A DNA stretch of 64,000 nt from Octopus sinensis (taxonomy: Eukaryota). This document shows positions 1-12,612 of this stretch, one piece after another. The stretch covers positions 66,588,001-66,652,000 of the forward strand of contig NC_043009.1 of the NCBI RefSeq assembly GCF_006345805.1, in the 5' to 3' direction. The notes beneath the pieces were generated by a model. It did not search any database, had not been told where the DNA came from, and was given only the letters and a program-made list of their open reading frames with translations. The position numbers and the translations under genes were made by a program. Position 1 is the first letter of the stretch. Each line of letters starts with the position of its first letter.

Positions 1-150
1 TGCTGGGGCATTATCTCGAAGGGGTTCAGCCACACAAATCTACTCCAATGTTTGTTTATAAGTTTGGTACTTATTCTATCAAACTCTTTTGCTGAAGCGA
101 TAAGTTGCAGGGACATAAAGAAGCCAACACCGGTTGTCAAGTGGTGGGGC
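1..150 (-). mobile_element. SINE family B, 3' part (degenerate)
   Basis: Reverse complement matches the 3' half of the full family B copies (cttgacaaccggtgttgg...cagcaaaaagag...gatagaataagtacc). Confidence 0.7.
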
Positions 151-490
151 GAGGGCTGACACAACCAGTATTATACATACATACACGCACTCGCACTTAT
201 ATGTGGGTCAATATTAGTCTGAAAAGATATATGTACGCATTCACCATCCATTGACAAAATTCTGCATGGCATTTAATCGAAAGGAGATATACCCATACAT
301 ACACAAATCTACGATTATATATATATATGTGTGTGTATGTTTGTGTACGTGTGTTTGTATGCGTGTGTCTATGTGTGTGTGTGTATGTGTTTGTGTGTTT
401 GTGTAACAATACGTACACAGTTTTAAGTTTAGTATTTATTCTATCTTCTCAACACTGGTTGTCGAGAGGTAAGAGACAAATTAGAGCATA

Positions 491-794
491 CCCTTCGGTC
501 ATGAATGACCATGGGATTGCACCTAGAAAGTTCCCCTCCGAGACACAAGTCTGGGCAATGTTGTTTATGGAAGACCAGCAGTCGCCCATTCATATCACTC
601 ATGTTATCTGAGGGAAAGGCAAAAGGGCCGATACAGCTTGGCACCAGTGACGTTGCAACTCATTTCTACAGCTGAGTGAACTGGAGTAACGTGAAATAAA
701 GATGTTTTGCTCAAGAACACAACACGCAGCCCGGTCCAGGAATCGAACTCACAACCTCACGATCATAAACTCGACCATCTAACCACTGAGCCAT
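491..794 (-). mobile_element. tRNA-derived SINE, family C type (tRNA head, CORE-like centre, distinct tail)
   Basis: Minus strand begins atggctcagtggttagatggtcgag...gtgagttcgattcctgg (A and B boxes). The centre matches copies at 16505 and 53156 and resembles the MIR/CORE domain. Ends in the tcccatggtcattcatgaccgaaggg hairpin tail. Confidence 0.75.
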
Positions 795-2879
795 AAAACA
801 AATACAAGCACAAAATCCCACATACACATGCACACATACTTAGATACATATAAACACGTATATTTACATATACAGCTACACATATCAAACATAAACACAC
901 ATGCATACGCACACCTGATTGTCAGATTTTACCGTTTCACATCTTCAGTTTACTGAGAGCAACTCCTTTTATTCGAAGGTGACATATTATTCTTATGCAG
1001 ACAATTCCTGTAAATTATTGAAAGTGTTTTACACATATTTCATACGCAGTTTACGTTCAACAAGCAAATATCTCTGGAAAAGAAATCTATATGTAATTAA
1101 TTCAAAAAATACACATATTTGATTTTTTTTTCAGTCTTTTTAACTTACATATAGAATTCAATCACAAAAATAAAAAGTTTCTTGGTTGAAATCAATAAAT
1201 AAAAACAACAAAACACTAAAAAGAAAAAAATGGTGGTACAAGTGATTTTGTTGGATTTGCAGTTTTTATTCAGAAATGGATCAAAATTTAGCTGCTTTAC
1301 CTTCTTCTTGCTTCTAAACAATTAATCACAGCCATTACTGGTATGCTGGCTTACATTCTTCGTTTAGAATTTAGGTTGTTATATGGAAGTCGTGCTAAAG
1401 CTTGTGTTATTTCACTAAAGCTTTTTAGATAAGATCACATCCTGTCTATTTGAATTAGAGACTAGTTTCTGTTCACTTTATAAACGTTGTCTTCTTGTTT
1501 GCATGACTGTATGTCCTGAATATCACATACCTCATCTTCTTCGTATCCCACTCTCCGTACCATTCACACAAGCTTGAGACCGTTTCATCGTCTGCCCTGT
1601 TGTTTTACTTTCTTACATTTAAACAATCTTTTTATTGCGAACTGTAGGGTATCTTTTGTGGTTTCATTGCTTGCATAACGATTTCTTTTTCTCCAGAAAC
1701 GTATGACACACTGTAATCAACTGACTTATACTTCTTCGGGGGTTATACGCAGTAAAAGCTGAAATAACTCTCTGAACCATTGGTTGTAATGATGCGGTTG
1801 TGTTTGGTAAAATGAAAATGACTGCAGCATGTCTGTATGTTTGAAGTGAATTAAGCTTTGACTGATAACCGTGAGCGTTGACAGAAAGCAGATATTCTGT
1901 GGCTCGTAACTTTTGATTGCAGAGCATAAATGTTCAACGAACCAACATTCAGTCAAGAAAAACAAATTCCATGTAAGTAAATCTTAGATTTCCTTATAAC
2001 AGGTTAACTAGATTTGGAGAAGCGATTCCTTACTCTTGGGATACAGACATGACGAATATCTATTGGCTTAATTTTCGAATTAAAAGTAGGACCTTTCGTG
2101 GCTTTAAGCCCAAATTCATTTTTCTCTCCTCCTAAATAAAAATTTTACATATAAACGTTTCGAAAATAGTTCATATTTTTGTTCATTAACAATGAATTTA
2201 GTAGATATTTACAACTTTGTATAACGAGCGTTGATTGTGCTTAAAATTCGGATATAACTGGATATCAGCACTTGTTGATTCATCTGTTATTCAAGTGATC
2301 AGATCGTTTCTTGAAATTTTCAAAAGATCCAAAAAAACAACAAGCGTTTGAGTGATTTCCTCAGCTTCTAATTTCAACTGATTAAATACCATATTTCCGG
2401 AATACAAATCGATGTGGTATATAGTATAAATATGTTGTGTAAACATCGTCAGTAGCATTCCAAATCCTGCTGCCTTTCACATGGAATATCTTATCCGCTA
2501 AAGTTGTATTAGTGTATAAGTCGACCTACTTTTGTTGGCCGTAAATCTGGGTCTGAAAACTTCGAGTTGTATGTTGGCAAATACAGTAAAATGAATGCCT
2601 TTTATTGGATAATAGCTTGCAAATATGTTGATTGATATTGTGACGTATGATCTCCATCTAAATACTTAACCTTTTCCCCCAAAATTCCTATGATTTTATT
2701 ACATGTGGCGAACAGTTTAGATATTTATCCGTTCTCTTGAGTTTCCCAGACAACTTTTAAATTCTCAGATTGATTCATTATCGTTTTTAAAAGCTGACGG
2801 CTACAATATTTAATTCCTTCTCCTATTTCTGTTGTCATCATCAGCCTGGCATATAAAGATATAGGTTTTCGTCACATAT

Positions 2880-3671
2880 TACGAGGTGGTATCAAAAGGT
2901 TTCCGGACGAGTTATGTTTAACGAAAAATAATTTATTTACCTAAGTTTTAACAGCATCTCCTTCGAAACAGTCGCATTGCGCAACAATACACCGGTCCCA
3001 GCGTTCCTGACTCTTTTAGAATCCGGCCTGGAAGTCGTTTTCCGTAAGCGAGTCGAAGACCTGCGATTAGCTCTGGATCTCCTCGACAACAGTGTTAAAA
3101 CGGCGACTTTTGAGCTGCATTTTCATCGTGTGGGAAGAGATGGAAGTCCGCGGGTGGTAAACCTAGCAAATAGTGCGGATGCGGAATCGATACCATGTTG
3201 TTTTTGGCGAGAAACCGACGAGTGAGGAGAGGTTGGTAGTCCTTCCTCAAACGCTTCAAAACGTCACAGTAGAAATCTCGATCAACGAGTTGGCCCTGGT
3301 GGTGAGGGAGCGATTCACGATGCACGATACCACAGATCGCTTATCGTCTTCCAGGGACGTTCTTCAACTTTCGAAGCGCCTGTGCCACTCGAAGCATTGC
3401 GTACGACCCATTGCCTCGTCGCCGTAATCTTGCCGAAGCATGCTCAATGTCTTTGTAGCAGACTTCCCAAGTTTAACGCAAAATTTCACGCTGGCTCTTT
3501 GTCCATGACAAAATGGCAGACTACAGCTTATACGTGATCACAAAAGACACAAATTTCACAACTTTTGAAGTAAACAGAATGATGCCAGCCCTCATTGCGC
3601 ACATAACCATGTGCTGCCATCTGTTGGCGCGCTACAGAACTAATCCGAGAACTGCTTGATACTACCTAATA
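2880..3671 (-). mobile_element. Mariner (Tc1/mariner) non-autonomous element, internally deleted
   Basis: Imperfect ~30-bp TIRs (gaggtggtatcaaaaggtttccggacgagtt / aactaatccgagaactgcttgatactacct) flanked by TA. Minus strand gives the transposase N-terminus (QRASVKFCVKLGKSATKTLSMLRQDYGDEAMGRTQCFEWHRRF) joined to the C-terminal PHPHY..LPPADFHLFP motif (HPPYSPDLAPSDF-like). Most of the catalytic core is missing. Confidence 0.9.
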
Positions 3672-4058
3672 TAACAAGAATACTGAACTTTAAAAAATGT
3701 ATTTTAGTTTAAGAAATTACGAAATTTTAAAAAATTAGTTCGATATAGCAGACGGAAAACTCTTCAAAATACAAAAAAATAACCACGAGACATTGCCGGA
3801 TTCCGTCCTATTGTATTCACTCATAAAGCAAGGAGATGCTTCCTTATAAGGAGATTCAAATTTAAGTAGATTATTCTGGAGATGACCCAGAATTATCAGC
3901 CGGCCGAGAAATAACTTTTCTTTTTCTTGTTTGTGTGTGTGTGTGACTTTAAATGCAAATTACTGCTACATTAACTTGCATTTAAGCAAGATCCTCTTCT
4001 CATAAGAAGCGTGAAATGTTTTTAGTGTGTGTGTGCATTTGTGTATATGCATGATACA

Positions 4059-4109
<51 letters not shown>

Positions 4110-4531
4110 ACACACACTCACACACACACGCACGCACACACAAACACACACACTTATGGTTCGATTTCGTATGATTACAGCCTTTGGGTTGAAATTCATA
4201 AAAGAATAAAGAATACGGTTTTAAAGATGGTAGGATATGATTTGAGAGTGTATGACTGCTGTTTATTGTAAACAAGCGACTGTACAGAATTTCCTTCTTT
4301 GGTAGATTAATAATTGGTTCTTAGCACTAACTCATGCACGAACAATCTTTAATTTTTACATATTGAGGAGTACATTGTTATGGGAGCCATTATTTCTGTC
4401 GGTAGGGCAGGTTGTGAGGGCGATTTGACTGTTTTATTTATTAGGTTGAGTAATTCCTTCCTTGGCCCAGGTGAACATAGATGAGGAGTATTTCGTCGCA
4501 GTGAAGCGAGTAGTAATGGTTTCAAATTTTG

Positions 4532-4721
4532 GTACAAGGCCAGCAAACTTGGGTGAGGGGCCATCAACACCAGTACGTAACTGGTACTTATTTTATCAAC
4601 TTTGAAACGATGAAAGGCAAAGTCAACCTCGGCGGAATTTGAACACAGAACGTAAAGACGGACAAAATTCCGCTAAGCATTTTGCCCGGCGAAGAAACAA
4701 TTTTGCCAGCTCTTCGCCTTA
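4532..4721 (-). mobile_element. SINE family A
   Basis: Reverse complement of the family A consensus (ggcg.agctggcaaaattg...gttctgtgttcaaattccgccgaggttgactttgcctttcatc...ataagtaccagtt). Confidence 0.8.
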
Positions 4722-5017
4722 GGGAAGCGAATTATTAATGGTAGAGATGATAGTGGAATTGCTCCTTTCTTTAACTCACCTCAGACCAAACTGATTCGGC
4801 TAACCTACGGTCGAAATTGCCCTTTGTCACCGAACAAGCAAAGCAACCTAAACATATAAACGAACTTCAGAAAGTAATTTTTAATTTCTCGGAATTGTCT
4901 CCCCTTCTTTTAAGAATCCATCACAAATCCAGCAAAACTTTTGTCTTCTTTCTCCAAGAACGAAGACAATTCATTCCTTCACGCATTTAACTAATTATTC
5001 CTTATTTATGTCATTCT

Positions 5018-5104
5018 AAGGCTGCGAGCTAGCAGAATCGTTACGATGCCGGATTAAAAGCTCATCGGCATTTTTTCTGGCTTTAAGTTTTGAGTTCAAA
5101 TTCC
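5018..5104 (+). mobile_element. SINE family A head fragment
   Basis: aaggctgcgagctagcagaatcgtta...gagttcaaattcc, cut off by the (TATC)n array. Confidence 0.65.
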
Positions 5105-5107
5105 ATT

Positions 5108-5265
5108 GCATTATCTATCTATCTATCTGTCTAACTGTCTATCTATATGTCTGTCTGTCTGCCTGTCTGTCTATCTACCTACCTATCTATCTATCTGTCT
5201 GTCTGTCTGTTTGTCTATCTATCTGTCTGTCTATCTATCTATCTGTCAGTCTATCAATCTGTCAG

Positions 5266-5316
<51 letters not shown>

Positions 5317-5356
5317 GTCTGTCTATCTATCTGTCTGTCTATATATCCATCTATCC

Positions 5357-5420
<64 letters not shown>

Positions 5421-5450
5421 GCCTGTCTGTCAGTCTGTCTGTCTGTCTAC
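5108..5450. repeat. (TATC)n/(TGTC)n tetranucleotide microsatellite
   Basis: Direct inspection. Confidence 0.95.
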
Positions 5451-6188
5451 CATCCAATACAATGAACGCAAACTTTGCTTTAACCAATCTTTCTTTCTTT
5501 CTTCCTGTCTTCATATGATTTTTCTTTCTTCTTGTCCATTTCCTCCTCTCTTTTTTTCCTTCTTTTCATTCCCTTCTTTCTTCCTTTTCGTCTTTCTTTT
5601 CTCTCTTTTTCCTGTTTTCTTCCTCTTTCTTCCTCTTTTCTGTTTCCTCCATTCCGTTTCTTTTTATTTTCTCTCTCCAACTTTATTTCTTCTTTCTTTC
5701 TTTCCTCCTTTTCTCACTCTCTCTTTCCTTCCCTCCCCCTCTCTCTCTCTCTCTCTGGTTCTTTCTTTTCTTTCCTTGTTCTTTCCTTATTTTCTTACTT
5801 TCACTTTCCTTCGCATCAAATCCGTGTCTCTCAATAAACTCTCTCAATTCTAATCTCGTTTATTATATTTTTAAAAAAATGTCCGCCTCGTTAATTTTCT
5901 CTCCTTTAGCAGAAACTCTCACAAACACCCCACTCACATCTCCACTTACCTCTCCTCTCTCTCTCTCCCCTCCCCTCTATCCCCCGCATCGCTTAACGCC
6001 CCCACTCTATCCCCTCCTTCTGTCTACTCCTCCCCTTCTTCCCATACTCTTACTTCTCCCCCACGCATAATTTCCCCCTCTCTATTTCTCTCTGTTTCTC
6101 TTTAAACATACACACCTACTCACACACCCACACACAGACACTCATACACGCACACATACTTCAACATCTCTATCTCTCTCCCTCCCAT

Positions 6189-6259
<71 letters not shown>

Positions 6260-6292
6260 TATATATACATATATATATATAATATATATATA

Positions 6293-6412
<120 letters not shown>

Positions 6413-6599
6413 CGTCTACATCCACCCTCTCACCCTTCTCTTCTCTCTCTCTCTCTCTCTCTTTCCCTCCCTCCTCCCCCCACCCATTTCAGCGTTGAAA
6501 TTCGTATCATGATCCCTTATAATAATCTATGTATCTCATAATTGACATAATTAAATATATTGTCAACGAAATGTCACTTCAGTAGCAGACTATTGATTA

Positions 6600-6603
6600 C
6601 CAG

Positions 6604-6640
<37 letters not shown>

Positions 6641-6798
6641 GATATTATTCTTGCTATTGTTGTTGTTGTTGTTGTTGTTAGTAGTAGTATTAGTAGTAGT
6701 GCTCTTCTTCTTATTATTATTATCATAATCATCATCATCATTAGTAGTAGTAGTGCTCTTATTATTATCATCATCATCATCATCATCAGTAGTAGTAA

Positions 6799-6851
<53 letters not shown>

Positions 6852-6865
6852 ATAGTAGTGCTCTT

Positions 6866-6896
<31 letters not shown>

Positions 6897-7092
6897 TATT
6901 ATTATTATTATTATTATTATCTTTATCATCATCATCATCATTAGTGTTGTTGTTGTTGTTAGTAGTATTAGTAGTAGTGCTCTTCTTATTATTATCATAA
7001 TCATCATCATCATCATCATTAGTAGTAGTAGTAGTGCTCTTATTATCATCATCATCATCATCAGTAGTAGTAATAGTATTAGTAGTAGTAGC

Positions 7093-7132
<40 letters not shown>

Positions 7133-7159
7133 CTCTTCTTCTTCTTCTTCTTCTTCTTC

Positions 7160-7200
<41 letters not shown>

Positions 7201-7224
7201 GTGCATGCAATGCTGGTGTTGTTA

Positions 7225-7264
<40 letters not shown>

Positions 7265-7310
7265 CGTTATCATCATCATCATCATTAGTGTTGTTGTTGT
7301 TGTTGTTATA
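6600..7310. repeat. Compound trinucleotide array with higher-order unit (TAG)n-TGCT-(CTT)n-(ATT)n-(ATC)n
   Basis: The junction gtagtagtgctctt recurs several times with the same order of triplet blocks. Confidence 0.9.
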
Positions 7311-7789
7311 TTATTCCATTGTGTTGTTCCTCATTCATTTCGCTTCTTTTGTTTTCCCTGGCTGTTATTATAATATAATATAATTACATTCTTTACATAA
7401 TGGAATTTAATATTGGAACTGTGATTACGACTGCTAATGGGCTGGGGAGGAGGGGTGTTCTGTGGAGGAGACACTACTAAACGGAGAGGTCACCTCCTCT
7501 CATGCCTTCTCTCGAACACCATTAAATGATGACGAAATAGAGACTAAACACCATTAACAGAGAAGGTAGATAAACGGCGTTATCTTAGGAAGGAATCTCA
7601 CCTGACACCATTAATTGGAAAGGTTGTCATGTGACGATTAATCCATTAGTTGTAAAGGTACTTCAGACGCTACTATTAACTGAGGATATAGCCGTAATCT
7701 AATTAACTGAAGAAGTAAATTGAATAGATTGGTTGTAGGTTGGTGGTAAATAAACCTCATTATTGGAAAAATATCCATTCATTCGTTTT

Positions 7790-8310
7790 ATCCGCCCACT
7801 CCAACTCCTGGCAGGTTTGTTTGGAGTAGAGTCCCCAGGCACCTCCTTTATAGACACCATTCAGAAGCAACTGTCATAACACGTTTCGGCTGGATTCCCA
7901 AGCGCAGCCAAATGAGTCTATGGATATTATCCGACCACCTTGTTCTTTGATTATTCATGTCTCCCTCCGATTGGCTCAGCTTGAAGAATACGTCTTGCGA
8001 TTCTTTCCTGTGATATGCAAAAACAGATGTCCACAGTATTGGAACTGTGACCGCTCAAGGGCGGAAAAGTAGCGGCTCTGCGTACAAAGACTCCCTGATC
8101 TCCGAGCGACCCCCTCTTGTCGAGTAACGTTAGAGGAGAAATCCCTCGGAGGATCCTCATTTCAACTGCTTTTCATCATTGGAGATATATCGAAATCATT
8201 TTTCCGGTGGGCATCATACCAATTTTAGAATATTTGCTGTATTTCGTAATACTGGATTCCAGTGTCAGACTTCCGGTTCTGGTTAACATTACGGCAACAA
8301 TGTGTAATGA
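7790..8310 (-). mobile_element. RTE-like LINE, degenerate 3' end of RT ORF
   Basis: Minus-strand pieces ISQERIARRILQAEPIGGR..KNKVVG*YP (RT C-terminal GRRPRGRP..RWxDNI-type region). Homologous to 61830-62130. Confidence 0.6.
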
Positions 8311-8809
8311 TGACAAAATATAAATATCGTAATAAGCTACAGGACAAGATTCTACGCGTTGTGCTGTCGTGATAGAAATAACAGGAAGACCATTCCGATT
8401 CTATTGTCTTCCAAAAGGAAAAGAACATGAAATAAGGTCATCCTACATATTATGTGTGATAACAATAGAGAAATATTTGGTAATAACTAAGGAATTCTTC
8501 GATCATGGGTTTTGCAGCATCCAAACTGACATTCAGCCAAATAACAACAATAACAACAACAACAGAAGCTCAACTGCAGCATCAATTACAACGCAACAAC
8601 AGTTGTCGATATTAAAGAAAGAAAAGAAAGTCGACCTTTAAAAGGAAAGTTATACAACATGGCGTGAGGTAAAATGTTGACAATGCATTTTTAAGCGGTA
8701 AAAGAGGTAAGACAATGCGATATTAGAAACACTAGAAAATTAGCATTAAAGGGAAATTTCAGCACATTGTGAATAACAGGAGAGATGAGCAACGGACGAT
8801 GAGTTGAAG

Positions 8810-9190
8810 AGGTAGACAACGTATTGTTAATTGAAGGGGGAGGTAATTGACAGTAACGTTAATTAGAGAGTTATGTGACATACGGTTAATTGAAAGGATA
8901 GAAAACATAACGTTAATTGGAGATGTAGACAACATAGAATTATGTGGAGAGTAAGACAATATAGCGTTATTTGGAGATGTCTACAATATATCGTTAATCG
9001 AAGAGATGTTCAACATATCGTTAATAGGGGAGATATTAAATATACTGTTAACTGGGAAAGTGTACTATAGACCGTTAAATGGAACGACAGACAATAGTCT
9101 GTTAATTGGAGAGGTATACAGTATGTTGTTAACAGGAACGATAGATAAGACACAGTTAGCAGGCGAAAAAAGACTATTAACTCAAGAGGC
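8810..9190 (+). repeat. Degenerate 27-bp tandem repeat (~14 units, consensus gtagacaacatatcgttaattggagag)
   Basis: gtta-centred motif recurs every 27 nt. Related units occur at ~7440-7720 and resume after the SINE at ~9594-9620. Confidence 0.8.
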
Positions 9191-9194
9191 AGAT

Positions 9195-9578
9195 GGATGG
9201 AAGCACTCCGTCGGTTACGACGACGAGGGTTCCGGTTGATCCGATTAACAGAACAGCCTGCTCGTGAAATTAACGTGTAAGTGGCTGAGCACTCCACAGA
9301 CACGTGTACCCTTAACTCAGTTCTCGGGGATATTCAGCGTGACACAGAGAGTGACAAGGCCGGCCCTTTGAAATACAGGTACAACAGAATCGGGAAGTAA
9401 GAGTGAGAGAAAGTTGTGGTGAAAGAGTACAGCAGGGGTCACCACCATCCCTGCCGGAGCATCGTGGAGCTTTAGGTATTTTCGCTCAATAAACACTCAC
9501 AACGCCCGGGCTGGGAATCGAAACCGCGATCCTACGACCGCGAGTCCGCTGTCCTAACCACTGGGCCATTGCGCCTCC
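9195..9578 (-). mobile_element. tRNA-derived SINE family C, full length with 15-bp TSD
   Basis: Head gtggaggcgcaatggcccagtggttaggacagcgg...ggtttcgattccc. Flanked by direct repeat actcaagaggcagat at 9180-9194 and 9579-9593. Confidence 0.9.
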
Positions 9579-9885
9579 ACTCAAGAGGCAGATAATATAG
9601 TGTTCAATAGAGAGAGTTGGCATCTGTGTATAAAACTAAAGAGATAACCAGTGCCACATCAAATACAGCTGAAGGTACCATTACTTGATATTTATTGTAG
9701 GTTTTTTTGTTTTTCGTGTATTAATATTGAAAATACCTACCAGTATGACACTAGTATCTGGAGACAGTAAGGCATGTGTCCCAAAGTACATGTACGGCCA
9801 AGTTACAGGAAAAAGCTATATTGACCATTAAATTAGTTTTGATCTCTGTCAGCTTGATCGTGTTCAAAGAGAGGCCTAGTTGCCG

Positions 9886-10103
9886 CGTGGAAGGTGTTTA
9901 TAAACCATTTAAGGAGACACAAAAAACCGTTAGATACAATTCAACATTAAAATTCAATTTGTCAAAATATTTTCGTCGCTTTGAAACCGCGACCGGTTCA
10001 CTGACAAAATTCTGTTCGGCATTTTGACAAATTAAATTTAAATGTCGAAGCGAATCTAACGGTGTTTTATGTGTTTTTAAATGGTTTATAAACACCTCCC
10101 ACG
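9886..10103. mobile_element. MITE with long (~85-bp) imperfect terminal inverted repeats
   Basis: cgtggaaggtgtttataaaccattta...ccgttagatacaattcaacattaaaattcaatttgtcaaaat mirrored by attttgacaaattaaatttaaatgtcgaagcgaatctaacgg...taaatggtttataaacacctcccacg. No ORF. Confidence 0.8.
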
Positions 10104-10255
10104 TCTAATAATTTTGTACAAACAGAAAGTTTCCATGTTGCTACAAGGCATCATTGCACCTTCATTAAAAAAATATTTCTCGCACTGGATACTAATAACC
10201 GAATATTAGATAGAAGTGATGTTGGTGCTCTTCACAAATGGCAGGTTAAAAAATA

Positions 10256-10304
<49 letters not shown>

Positions 10305-10390
10305 TATACATATATATACAAAGATACATACATACATACATACGTACATACATACATACATACATACATACATACTACATACATACATAT

Positions 10391-10441
<51 letters not shown>

Positions 10442-10503
10442 CTTCTTCTCATACATATAATGGCCTTACAATTTCCTTGACACGTTCCTGATTTACGAAA
10501 CAG

Positions 10504-10582
10504 GAATGGAGTTAGACATTAGACATAGGTCTGAAAATGAGACGGAAACACGTGACCATCACCGTCCTCTCCTCGCCAGACA
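10504..10582 (+). CDS. Candidate start exon of an unknown host gene (MELDIRHRSENETETRDHHRPLLARQ)
   Basis: Acceptor acag| at 10503, ATG at 10506, open frame to consensus donor CA|GTAAGT at 10583. Non-repetitive island. No homology recognised. Confidence 0.35.
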
Positions 10583-11640
10583 GTAAGTCCTTTTCCTTTA
10601 TGGTCTGTCAACTCTGGAAAATTCTTGGTCTTTGAGATTATCTACCCTTCTCAAGTGGAGATCCTCTCAATTACCATTTTGTAATTGCGACACAGCGTCA
10701 AGAGGCAGTTTTGATAAATCAAGACATTTATATTGTATGGTATTTCATAGACCTGTCTTTGTCTATGTTGCTCATCTACATGCCACTGGCTGCTCTGAGT
10801 TATTTCTCTCTCACCTCACACACACACACACGTACATACATACACACATACATACACACATACATACACACATACACAGATATACATATGTATATATGTT
10901 TGTATGTATGTGTATGATTTTTACATAGACACACTGGCATATACATTCTCACGAAGCTCTAAGCTAAGGAAACTTCAAACATTCGCATAAACATGTGTAT
11001 ATATATATATATAATAGACGTACGAGTGTGTAAGTATGCATCTAAGCTGGCGTCTCGTACAATCACATGCCATGTACAAACACCCGATTAAATTTGACGT
11101 ATGCCTGCAAAAGAATTCAGACTAAACGTGATGACCACATATAATCACACACACACACAAACACACACACACACACGGTCTTTCTCTCTCACACACACAC
11201 ACTGCCCAACTCTCGTTCTTTCTCTCCCGCTCTCACACACAAACATCTATTGACGTCATACAATATCTCTTGTTTTCTTTTGCCATTCTTCCCACCCTCA
11301 CAGATTAGACCAGACTTGCCTTGATAGATCGCTGATAGAATTGTGATAACGTTTAATTTACAAGATAAATAACATTTGAAAGATGAAGACTCTTTTGGGC
11401 CAGAAGACTAATTTAATATTTGTCGATCGAGTGCAGCCATTGTAAGCTGCTACAACAAACACGATGAACAAGATGGCTGCCTGGTGGGATGGACGGATTG
11501 ATGGTAGCGCTTTTCTTTTTTCCTTGTTATTGTTTTTGTACATTTATTCTCCCTCTGTCAGTAAACTAAGTCAAACAGTTGTGTCATTTTATATTCTTCC
11601 GATCTATTCTTCACCTCTTTCTTCCTTCCTTCCTTCCTTC

Positions 11641-11671
<31 letters not shown>

Positions 11672-12129
11672 TCATTCTCTCGGTTTCCTTTCTTCTTTTT
11701 CTTCTTTTCTTCTTGCTCGCTACTTGTTCTATCGTTTATATTTGATTTTTGCATCTCCTTCATTTTTCTCCATTCAATATTTCTTTTCATCTTACTGTAC
11801 ACTCCTTGCGTCTGTCTGTGCAACACCCCACACCCCACACCCCCACACACACACTCAGAACTGGTGTTTCAACAGTATTTCATTTCGTTGCTATGATATA
11901 CTATAGACTAATATCTACCCGTTTATTCTTAGCTAACACTATATACGTTACGAAAACTGTAAACACTCAACCTCCATCGTATGTGTACGGACAAAATAAG
12001 GGGAAACACTTTCGAAAACGAAAATGAAGAATGCAGTTCTTGCCACTATTTTCCTTCGCACATATTTTGTATACGAATTCCTTAGAATTAGTCCAAGGAC
12101 ATAATGTTAGCTACGAAACCTATAAATAT

Positions 12130-12203
12130 ACACGGTTAGCTCAGTCGGTCGAGCACGAAACTCTTGATCTAGGTCTCGTGCTTTCGGGGCCCCACGTCAG
12201 ATA
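12130..12203 (+). pseudogene. tRNA-Lys(CTT) pseudogene
   Basis: cggttagctcagtcggtcgagcacgaaactcttgatct.aggtctcgtgctttcggggccccacgt aligns end to end with eukaryotic tRNA-Lys-CTT (anticodon CTT at 12163-12165). Acceptor stem and T-loop are broken. Confidence 0.75.
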
Positions 12204-12219
12204 CTCTGCATCTTTTGCT

Positions 12220-12500
12220 GCAGGCATGGTTGTGAAGTAAAGAAATTCAGTTTGCAACCAATTACTTCCTGGTTCGATCCCACTGCGATGCACCTTGGCC
12301 ATGTGTCTTCTTTTACAGACTTAGTCTATAGAAGGTTTGTGAGTGCCCAAACCTTTGTGAGTTTGCTGAGGGAGACTGTGTAGAATCCCTACGAATATAT
12401 TTATATGTGCGGGAGGCTGTTTGTGTATGTGGATCTTTGTCTCCGTTTGTCACCAACTCCCCACTACTGGACAGCCGGTGTTACTTGTTAACGTTCCCAC
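12220..12500 (+). mobile_element. SINE family B, old degenerate copy
   Basis: gcaggcatggttgtg...ggttcgatcccactgcgatgcaccttggccatgtgtcttc...tttgtgagt..tggacagccggtgt matches family B order. Confidence 0.6.
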
Positions 12501-12612
12501 GAGAGAGAAAGAGAGAGGGAGAGTTGGGGTGAAATTTAAACATTTAAGAGTGAAATAGTCAAGAGAATATTGAATATTAAATGTAGAGTTAACCACTACG
12601 CCATATGCCCAT

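Noticed and set aside
1923-1972. 50-nt segment with good splice sites (ttgcag| ... CAT|GTAAGT)
   Set aside because: No frame joins productively to the 10504 candidate exon and there is no recognisable peptide; such pairs occur by chance.
1500-2800. Possible MULE transposase relic on the minus strand (TTNGSESY..., CHTF..LCK)
   Set aside because: Motifs are weak and broken by many stops, with no TIRs seen; cannot be supported without an HMM search.
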